Shown here in pieces: positions 45,076 to 54,700 of a stretch of DNA of 64,000 nt. A program made the position numbers and the translations under genes. Source of the DNA: an uncultured Verrucomicrobiae bacterium (GTDB taxonomy: Bacteria > Verrucomicrobiota > Verrucomicrobiia > Limisphaerales > Palsa-1400); assembly GCA_963764165.1 (NCBI GenBank), contig CAVXRD010000003.1, positions 672,001 to 736,000 on the forward strand. The letters are read 5' to 3'. The notes beneath the pieces were generated by a model. It was not told the origin of the DNA and made no database searches. It worked only from the letters and a program-made list of their open reading frames with translations. How positions within the stretch are numbered: the stretch's first letter is position 1; the number at the start of each line of letters is the position of its first letter.

Positions 45076-45210
45076 ACACTGCTCCGTTCCTTTAGCGCGT
45101 GGCGTGCCACCATTTTTGAAAGCGGTTCAGTCACGAGCGGGCTTTGGATCAAGGGTCGCCGGAGGGCATTTTGCAATGCTTGCTTCCGGCCGCTTGCAGA
45201 TTGCACCTGC

Positions 45211-45240
45211 ATGGGATGAATAGGAGGAATGGGAAGAATG
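45211..45240 (+). repeat. Short 9-nt-period tandem repeat
   Basis: ATGGGATGA ATAGGAGGA ATGGGAAGA ATG. Confidence 0.4.
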
Positions 45241-45252
45241 CGAATCCTGTTC

Positions 45253-47073
45253 TCAGGATTCGGCTTCGGACAGCCGTTCGTCCAACGCCCAGGCGGCGCT
45301 GATTAAGGCGATATGCGTCAGCGCTTGCGGAAAATTTCCAAGATGTTCCCCGCAGGGGCCGAGTTGCTCGGCATAAAGTCCCAGATGGTTGGCGTAGCCC
45401 AGTGCTTTTTCGAAAATGAACCGCGCTTTTTTCAAGTCGTTGGCGCGCGCGAGGCACTCCACATACCAAAACGAGCACATCGAAAATGTGCCTTCCTGCC
45501 CGGACATTCCATCGGGCGCCGCCTTCGACGGGAGATATCGGTAAACGAGCGAATCCTCGATCAAACGCTCCTGAATCGCCTCCAGGGTGGTTTTCCAGCG
45601 CGGATCGGTGGGGCTGATGGCCTTCACCAGCGGCATGAGCAGCGCCGCCGCGTCGACGGTATCCGCGCCGCGGTATTGGACAAACGACTTCAATTTCGGA
45701 TTCCAGAATTGTTGGTAGATGCTTTGGTAGATTTCATCGCGAATGCGGTGCCACTTCACCAAAGGCGCGGGGAACGAACGGTCGCGCGCGATATTCATGG
45801 CTCGGTCCACCGCCACCCAGCAAAGCACGCGCGAATACAAAAACGGGCGCGCGCCGCCGCGGACTTCCCATATGCCTTCGTCCGGCTTTCGCCAATTCTT
45901 GCAGACCCACTCGACCAGCCCGGTCAGGTTCATCCAGAAATCATACGATATGGGCTCGACGTGCCTGTCGTATATAAAGACGGCATCCATCAGCTCCCCG
46001 TAAATGTCCAATTGAAGCTGGTCGAGCGCGCCGTTGCCGATGCGCACCGGCGACGATTTCTTGTAGCCTTCAAAATGCTTGAGCGTCGTTTCCGGCAGGT
46101 CGCGGCTGCCATCGATGCGGTACATGGCCTGCATTGGGTGGCCGGGTTTGGTTTCCCGGCAGCGCATTTCCACCCATTGCATGAAGGCCCGGGCCTCATC
46201 CTGATAACCGAGCCGCATCAGCGCGTATAACGTGAACGATGCGTCGCGGATCCAAGTGTAGCGGTAATCCCAATTGCGCGCGCCGCCAAGGCGCTCCGGC
46301 AAGCCAAACGTTGGCGCCGCGACGATGGAGCCGTGCGGCTTGGATGTCAGCAGTTTGAGCGTGAGCGCCGAACGGTTTACCATCTCGCGCCAGCGGCCGC
46401 GATAATTGGAGCGCGCCACCCACGCCAGCCAAAAGTTCATCGTCTCCTTGAAGGAATCCGTCACATAATCCGCGCTGGCCGAGGGCGATTCCCTCCCCTC
46501 CTCCGCCATCTCCAGAATGAAGGCCTTGGACTCGCCCGGCTTCAAGGCAAATTCGCAAGAGATTTCGCCATTTTCCTCTCGCATGGTTCCGTCGCAACGG
46601 AGGCGAAGCGTGGGAAGATTTTTCCCCGCCGGGACGAAAAGCGCTTCGCCTTTCTTTTTTTCGACCTGGTGTTGTGCGCGGCCGTAATCGAATTTCGGCG
46701 CGCACACCATGCGGAAACGAACTTCGCCGCGGATCACCTTGACGCGCCGGATCAGATTATGGCTGTGGCCGAGATGCTCGATTGCCATGAAATCGGAGAT
46801 TTCCGCCACGCCTCCATCGCCGAGAAAACGCGTCAACAATATGTTCGTGTCGGGGAAATAGCGCTGGCGCGTGCGGAATTCCCCGCCAATGGGGCAAATA
46901 TGAAAACTTCCGCCGCGCTTGTGATCAACCAGCGCGGCGAAAATGGTGGGAGAATCGAAGCGCGGGAAGCACATGAAGTCAATGGCCCCCTGCATGCTGA
47001 CCAGCGCGGCGGTATTGAGATCCCCAATAACGCCGTAATTTTCTATCGGCTGGTAGTCCCCTGCTGAATTCAT
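45253..47073 (-). CDS. Glycoside hydrolase family 15 (trehalase/glucoamylase-like)
   Basis: IENYGVIGD, RNWDYRYTWIRDA, QLDIYGE, DEGIWEVR, GNFPQALTH. Confidence 0.93.
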   Translation of the reverse strand: MNSAGDYQPIENYGVIGDLNTAALVSMQGAIDFMCFPRFDSPTIFAALVDHKRGGSFHICPIGGEFRTRQRYFPDTNILLTRFLGDGGVAEISDFMAIEHLGHSHNLIRRVKVIRGEVRFRMVCAPKFDYGRAQHQVEKKKGEALFVPAGKNLPTLRLRCDGTMREENGEISCEFALKPGESKAFILEMAEEGRESPSASADYVTDSFKETMNFWLAWVARSNYRGRWREMVNRSALTLKLLTSKPHGSIVAAPTFGLPERLGGARNWDYRYTWIRDASFTLYALMRLGYQDEARAFMQWVEMRCRETKPGHPMQAMYRIDGSRDLPETTLKHFEGYKKSSPVRIGNGALDQLQLDIYGELMDAVFIYDRHVEPISYDFWMNLTGLVEWVCKNWRKPDEGIWEVRGGARPFLYSRVLCWVAVDRAMNIARDRSFPAPLVKWHRIRDEIYQSIYQQFWNPKLKSFVQYRGADTVDAAALLMPLVKAISPTDPRWKTTLEAIQERLIEDSLVYRYLPSKAAPDGMSGQEGTFSMCSFWYVECLARANDLKKARFIFEKALGYANHLGLYAEQLGPCGEHLGNFPQALTHIALISAAWALDERLSEAES

Positions 47074-47076
47074 TTG

Positions 47077-48741
47077 TTATCCAACAACCTCCTGCTGGCG
47101 ATCATCTTCAAAGAGCGGGATCTCGTCGGTTTCGGCGATCTTGCCATAGTCCAATTTGACCAGCCGATCCGCCATGTAGAAATAACGGTCGTCATGCGTG
47201 ATCACCAGCACCGTCTTGCCGCGAGCCTTCAGGTCGGGCAGCAATTTCGTGTAGAACACTTTCTTGAAAATCGGATCCTGGTCGGAGGCCCACTCGTCAA
47301 ACAGGTAGAACGGGCGGTCCTCCAGATAAGCCGTGAGCAACGCCAGGCGTTTGCGCTGGCCGGTGGAGACCGACGTCGTGGAAAGCTTGCCGTTAGTCAC
47401 GCGAATCTTGTGCTTGAGGTGCAGTTGCTCGAGATAACCGCCTGCCCGCGCGTCAATGTCTTTGTCATCGATGCCAAGCAGGTTATCGAAGACAAAGAAG
47501 TCCGAAAACACCGCCGAGAACAACTGGCGGTAAGAGTCACGCGTTTTGTTGGTGACGGCTTTTCCGTCCAGACGAATTTCGCCCCCTTCCGGCAGGTAAA
47601 GGCCGGTGATGATTTTGGCGAGGGTGGATTTTCCGCTGCCGTTGCCACCCACCAGGAACACCAATTCGCCGCGGTTGAAGGCCAGGTCAATCGGCCCCAG
47701 GGTAAAGCTCGTGTCCTCCATTTCGCGATGATAGGTGTGGCTCACATTGCACAGCTCGATGCGCTCAAAGGATTGCTCATTCGCCGGCTTGTCGACTGGG
47801 CATTCTTCAGTGGAGCGCTCAGAAAGGGAAACGCCCAATTCCTGCACCTTTTGCAGTGCCACTTTGGCGCGGCCAAACAGCGAGATGCTGCTCAAGACCG
47901 CCGCCAGCGGCCCCATCATAAACAGCGTCGTCACGACATATCCCGTCATCGTCGCAGTGCTGATGGTCGACATATGAGGCGCCATAAACAAAATCAGCCC
48001 TATCAAGGCGAAGTAAAGCAGGTGGCTCCAGCTCTGCGCCGCCGCGAAGCGAACTTCCGCCGCGACATTGTGCTTTTGAAACGACGTGGTCACATTCTCG
48101 ACGTTGCGGGTCAGAAAGGCGCCCCGGCGGTCGCGGTGCAGTTTCAATTCCTTGATGCCATCGGTGAGCGCGCGGAAGTAGCCGAACAAACGGTCTTCAT
48201 CTTCCCGCGCTGCGCGGCAGTAGCGCAACGCGCTGGATACCACGACGAGATACCCCCCGGCGCCCAGCGCGATGACAACCATGATCGATGCCAGCATTTG
48301 CCACGACAGCCATCCAAGGTATATCGCGCCGCCCGCCAGGATGGCGATGTTTACCGATAAGATCGGCACCGCGAGCAAGGCCTGGGTGATGTTTAGAACG
48401 TCATCGGTCAATGCCGCCAGAATGCGGTGCGTGCCGAGATTCTCCAAATCGCGCAGCGGCACGGCAAGAATTTTTTTCACCAGGTCACGCCGCAATTCGG
48501 CGACGGCGCGCTGCGAGAATCCAGCCAGCACGGCTTGCGACAGGAACAGCGAGACAACTTTGCCAATGCCCAATCCGACGAAAGCCCAAATCAGCCCCCT
48601 GCTCGCAGAACCCGCATTGTTCATGGCCTTCGTAATCAGGGCCATCAGGCCGGCGTTGCAAACGCCGCTCAAGGCCGCCATCCCGATGGTAGCGAAGACA
48701 AGCCCGCGACAAGTGCGGAGGATGAATTTTAATAGCGTCAT
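47077..48741 (-). CDS. Cyclic peptide export ABC transporter (SyrD/PvdE/YojI family)
   Basis: DGIKELKL, GGNGSGKST, STGQRKRLAL, FDEWASDQDP, ITHDDRYF; start overlaps the NRPS stop. Confidence 0.93.
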   Translation of the reverse strand: MTLLKFILRTCRGLVFATIGMAALSGVCNAGLMALITKAMNNAGSASRGLIWAFVGLGIGKVVSLFLSQAVLAGFSQRAVAELRRDLVKKILAVPLRDLENLGTHRILAALTDDVLNITQALLAVPILSVNIAILAGGAIYLGWLSWQMLASIMVVIALGAGGYLVVVSSALRYCRAAREDEDRLFGYFRALTDGIKELKLHRDRRGAFLTRNVENVTTSFQKHNVAAEVRFAAAQSWSHLLYFALIGLILFMAPHMSTISTATMTGYVVTTLFMMGPLAAVLSSISLFGRAKVALQKVQELGVSLSERSTEECPVDKPANEQSFERIELCNVSHTYHREMEDTSFTLGPIDLAFNRGELVFLVGGNGSGKSTLAKIITGLYLPEGGEIRLDGKAVTNKTRDSYRQLFSAVFSDFFVFDNLLGIDDKDIDARAGGYLEQLHLKHKIRVTNGKLSTTSVSTGQRKRLALLTAYLEDRPFYLFDEWASDQDPIFKKVFYTKLLPDLKARGKTVLVITHDDRYFYMADRLVKLDYGKIAETDEIPLFEDDRQQEVVG

Positions 48742-51700
48742 GTTGATAATAATGCCGGCTGGTTTTCTGCGGTGGTGGTTTTTTGAGTTTCCTTAAGGGC
48801 TGCCGTCAAATCCGCGGCCAGGGTCTTGACGTTGGGCTCCATAAAGATGTTTTCGTGCGAACCAGGAATGAGTCTGACACTGACTTCTCCCGTGGTGAGC
48901 TTGCCCCAGCTCAAATCATGCGCAAACGAGCAGAGCATCGGATGCCCGCGCGTGCGGAACAGCGCAAGATTCCCCGTGCAGGGCTGCTGCACGTGGCGGT
49001 GAAGGGCTTGCAAATGCTTTCGCCAGAGCTTGAGTTCGTTTTCCGGGAAAAGCGCCGGGTCGATGATTTCCTCCAGGTCGACCGGGGCCTCGCCCTGCTT
49101 TCTCTTGATCCGCTTGGCTATTTTGCGGCCAATCGAGCGAATCTTTCTCCCGACAAAACGCCAGCGGTCGCGGGCCGGAACCTGCTTGAAATCTTCCAGC
49201 CAGTAATAGGTGTTGCGGGCGAACAGGAAGAAGAATTGCGGCTTCCACCATTCCACGGATTCGTAACCGACATTGACCGGCGCGGCATCCAGCAGGGCCA
49301 TCAGCGCAACCTGCGCGCCTTCGGCTTGGAGCTGGCGACCCATCTCGTAGGCCACGTTGCCGCCGAAACAATAGCCTCCGATGTAATACGGCCCCTCCGG
49401 CTGCTGGGCGCGAATGGCCTGCACGTAATACGCGGCCATCTCTTCGATGGTGTCGAATTCCTCCAGGCCAATTTGCCCGCGGGAACGCAGCGCAAAGATC
49501 GGCTGGTCGCGATCCATATGCACCAGCAAATTGGCGTAGCCCCATAGCACATCGCCGCCCGCGCCGTGGACCAGGAACAGCGGCGGCTTGCTGCCATTGG
49601 GCTGAATGGGAATGACCACTGAGTGCGATACGGCGGATTTTGCCTTGGAAAGAACCGCCGCCAATTGGCCGATCGTCGGCGCCTGAAACAAAGTGACAAG
49701 CGGCAGCTTCTGGCCGGTCATCTTTTCGACTTGGGCGAACAGTCGAACCGCGAGAAGCGAATGCCCGCCGAGTTCAAAGAAATCGTCCGCGGTCCCGACG
49801 CGCTCGACGCGCAGGAGCTTCTGCCACAACTCGCAAAGCTCGCGCTCAATTTGCGACTGCGGCGCAACGTAACGGCCGCCCGCCCCCGGACGCAACGCCA
49901 GGCGCGCTTCGATTTTTTGGTGAATTTTCGCGGCGTCGTTCAGTTCGGCGGCAATGGCGCGGCACTTGGTGAATTTCTTCACCGCGCCCGGCGCCGGAGT
50001 GGATTTGCCTTCGGTTGACGCCGGAGCAACGGGCGATTCGCTGCGCGGGGTAAATTCGACTTTGGCCGCAAATTCCGGCGGGAATTGATATTGGCCGCCT
50101 TGCTGGAATTGCGTCCCGATGCTCTCCAGAAAATCCAGCGCGGGCTTGTTCCGCGGCAGCCGCTCGAACGGGACATTCACCCATTTGGAATGGTGCTGCG
50201 CCGCCGCTTTGCCGAGGGCCTGAAGCATGCGATGCTCCACGCCGCGGCCCAGCGCGCGGCAACTCAGGAGGAATGAATCCACCACCAGCGCCTGGCCGCT
50301 AAAACTAAAAATCATCGCTCCGACCAGGCCGTAATCGCCGAAGCGATCCTTCACGGAAACGGTCCAGATTTCGGAGACTCCCGCCAACTGCTTCACTTCG
50401 CTCTCGGTGCGCCGCTTGCCGTTGACGTTGAATTGATTGGTGCGCTGCGTCAATTGTGACACGCGCGCAAGCTGCGCGGGCGCGGCCGGCGCAATGTCCA
50501 CCTGCAATTCCAGCTTGGCTATGAAATCCGCGAAGTTCGTCGATTGCGACTGCAGCTGCTCGCGCAATTGATTTTGCTGATACATCGCGGCGCGGCCCTT
50601 GTCCTCCGCCGTCGTCTTAAGCTGATCGAACGCCCAGCAGTGATCGAGAAATTGCGGGATGGCTGAAACATCTTCGGGCAACTGCAGAGCGAGAACTTCC
50701 GGGCTGTTGCCTTCCACTTCCGCGCATTCGACGGGGTTGTCGTCGATCAGCACAAAGCTATCGAGCCCAAGTTTCAATTCCTGCGCAATGGATTTGATGT
50801 TTTCTGATTTCGATTTCCAATTCACCCGCCACGCGGAAATGTGCTCGCGCAAAATCGGCATGGCGGGCCCTTTTGCGAACACCGCTTCCACGTCCGCTTC
50901 ATCGTTCTTGCTGCAAATCACGAGCAATTTGCCCGCCTCGCGCTGGCGCAGGACAAAATTTTGCAGGGCCACGCGCCCGGCTTCCAAACGAATCCCATTC
51001 GGTCCATCTTCGCCGCAAACGCCCGACCAGAGCGTATTGTCGCAATCCAGCGCGATGACTTTGCACGGAGGACGGCGCAGGGCATGAAATTTCCGGGCCA
51101 GCATGGTGGCCAGCGAGGTAAAGAACAGGGGCGTGTAGGGAATCCGGCCGAGCTCGTCGCCCGCGGGATCATCATAATCCGCCACCGGATACTTCTGTGA
51201 AAGCTCGGCGCTTGTCACGACATGGACGCCGTCAATCCCATGGAGCGTCACGGTGAGCGCCGTTTCTAGATCCTTCAGGGCTTCAGCCTTGGCTGGCTCC
51301 GCCAGCGCCATGCGCGAAGGCGGGCAGAAACAGACCAGCATCGACGCGCCGCCGCGGGCGGCTGCGCTTTGCACCGCGCTGACAAACTCGTCGGCGTGAT
51401 GTTTGATGGCTTGCCCAAATGTCAGCGCGCCGGACGCCCCTGTGTTTGACTCCCAATCATTCAAGCGAATCAGCAAAACATTCAGGCCATTGCGATTGGT
51501 GGCGAGATCGCTTTGGGAATCCAGCAATTGCTGGAAGACCTGATCGTAGGGCGCAAACTTGATCCGGGCGGAAATTTCCAATTCATCCAGCCAGAAGCGC
51601 AGCGGCTCCTCAATCGGCTCTGCCGTGAACGTTCCGCAAATCGCGATGGTTTCGGGCTGCGCGCGCTTGGGGGCTTTCAGTTCCACATCGGCAATCACCG

Positions 51701-54700
51701 TCCGCGGCGCTTCCGCCAGCATTTGCAAAACGGATTGGAAGGAGGCCAGCAATTGCTCAATCGATTTTTGATGGAACAAGCCCGCCTTGTATTCGCACGT
51801 CAGAGCAAGGCCGGCCGGCATTTCGTTGGCTTCAAAGCGGAGGTCGAGCAGCGCGGCTTCGGTGTTGACAACAATGGGAGCGCTCGTGATTCCCTCGCCG
51901 AATTGCGGCAGGTCCGGCGTGTTTTGGTAGAGCAGCGCCACATTGTAAAGCGGATTGCAGCCCGGGCGGCGCTCCACTTTGGCTGATTCCACTATTTTCT
52001 CGAACGGACAATCCTGATGCGATTGGCTTTCGATAATCTCCGCCTTCACCGCCCGCAGCGTTTCGAAGCCCGCCGCCGCGCCGGAAATTTTGAAGCGCAA
52101 TGGCAGGAAGTTCATGAAACAGCCAATGAGACCCTCAATCTCGCGGCGATTGCGGCCAGCCACCACGGTGCCGAGAACCATGTCCGTTTGGCCCGTCCAT
52201 TTGTGCAGGGTAATCGCCAGGGCGGCCATCAGCACCATGAACGGTGTTCCGCCTTCGCGCTGGCTCAATTTCACAATTTCCGCGCTCAACGCCTGCGGCA
52301 GCTCCACCGCAATCCGGCCGACCTTGGCTTCGGTCTGTTCCGCATTATCCGAGTCGGTGGGAAGTTCGACTGCGACAGGCGCGCCCGCCAATTTCTGCCG
52401 CCAATACGCCAGCTCCCTTTGCTCGGTGGCGCCTTGCAGCCAGCGGCGCTGCCATTGGGCGAAGTCCGCGTATTGCACGGGCAGCGGCGCAAAGTTGGGC
52501 GCGCTATTTCCCGAAACGATGGCGCGGTAGCTCGTTTCCAGCTCCCGGAAAAATACGTCCAGCGACCAGCCATCCGACACCGCGTGGTGCATCACAATGA
52601 GCAAAGCGTGATCGGTCGCGCTCATGCGGGCCAGCCTGGCGCGGATCAACGGGCCCCGCTCAAGATCAAATGAGCGATGCGCTTCGGCTTGCAAAACTCC
52701 GGCCAATTTCGATTCGTCGGCACCCGGAATCTCCGTCACCCACACTTGCACGCTCAATGACGGCGCAATTTTCTCCGACAGAACCCCATCAACAAAATGG
52801 AGGGTCGTGCGAAGCGCTTCGTGGCGGTCAATAATCAAATCGAGGGATTTCTGAAGGGCGGCCACATCGAGCGCGCACTTGATGCGGATCGCGGTCGGAA
52901 CGTTGTAAGCGTCGCTCTTCGGCTCAAGCTGGTTCAAAAACCACAGTTGATCCTGCATGAAGGAAGCGGGCAAGACGCCTTCGCGCGAAATCGGCTCCAG
53001 CGCTGGAACCGGCGCATTCGAATGATTCCAGCGCCCCGAATCCACTCCCGCCGCCAGGGCCTCGACCGTCGGCGCATCAAACAAGCAGGACAGCGGCAAT
53101 TCGATGCCGAGGCTTTCGCGCAGGCGCGAGATGACCTGTATGGCGGTCAGCGAATGGCCGCCTAATTCAAAGAAATGATCCGTCGCACCGATATCCTTGA
53201 TCCCCAATACTTCGCTCCAGGCTGCGGCAACCTTCTTTTCGGCATCCGTGCGCGGCGCGATCAATCCCGTGCGGGCTTCGCTCTGCCCAGCCTGCGGGGC
53301 AGGCAGCGCGCGGCGATCCACCTTGCCATTCGGCGTCAGCGGCAATTTTGGCAGGAACACGAATTGCGCGGGGGTCATGAACTCGGGCAAACGCTCCCGC
53401 GTGCAGCGGCGCAAATCATCGACCGAGGCCGTTTTCCCCGCGTTGAACACGACATAGGCCGCCAGATATTTTTCGCCGGGCCGGTCTTCACGCGCGATGA
53501 CCACCACTTCCGCCACCGCCGGATTGGCCTTGAGAGCGATTTCGATTTCGCCCAATTCAATGCGGAAACCGCGAATTTTGACTTGATGGTCGGAGCGGCC
53601 GAGATACGTCAGATTCCCGTCTTCGCGCCAGCGGGCGACGTCACCAGTTTTGTAGATGCGCGAACCCTGCTTGTAAGGGTGCGGCAGAAAACGCTCGGCG
53701 GTGAGGTCGGGGCGGTTCAAATAACCGCGCGCCACTTTATCACCGCCGATATAAAGATCGCCCGTCATGCCCACCGGCAGGGGCTGCATTTGTTTGTCAA
53801 GAATATAGACTTGCTCGTTGGCCAGCGGACGGCCGATGGTCGCCGGTTCGCCTGTTTTGCGCAGGGCGCCCGTCGAATAGGTGGTCGTTTCGGTCGGGCC
53901 GTAAAGATCGTAAACCTTCTTCGCTGACGTCTTGGAATAAATTTGCTCCACCAGCGCGGTGGCCAGCGGCTCGCCCGCAAGATTGACAACTTTGACTGAA
54001 CTGGGCACGCCGTTGATGCGGAGCAATTCGCGCATGGCCGATGGCACGGTGTTGACCAGAGTGACTTCCGAAGCGGCAGGCAGGCCCGGCAGAGCAAGCG
54101 CGTTGTCGGCCAGGATAATTTTTCCGCCCCAGCAGAGCGGAACGAACATTTCGTAAACGGAAAGATCAAAACACATCGAGGTCGACGCGAGCATTCCCGC
54201 GTACTCCTCGGGCAGAAACGCATCCTTCGCCCAGCAGACCATGGCCACGGCGTTGCGATTTTCCAGGGCGACGCCTTTCGGCTGTCCGGTCGAGCCGGAG
54301 GTGTAGAGCACGTAAGCCAAATCGTTTGGCCCGGCTTGATTCAAAGGAGCTGTCTTGTCGGAGATTGGCTGGATGTTCTCGACGAGCAGCACCTGGGTTT
54401 TCGAGGCGGGAATCAATTCGCGGAAACGCTCGCGTGTCAGCAACACGCGCAATCCAGCATCCTGCGCGATGGCCGCCAGGCGCGCCTTCGGATAAGTGGG
54501 ATCCAGAGGGACATAAGCTCCGCCCGCTTGAAGTGTTCCGAGAATCCCGGCCACCATATCCTCGGAGCGCTCGAGGCAGATGCCCACCAAAGATTGGTTG
54601 CCCACCCCTAAAGCTTGCAAACTCTTCGCAATGGTTGCGGCGCGCTCGTAAAGCTCGCGATACGTGAATCGCTTTGTCCCCACCACGAGCGCCTCCGCAG

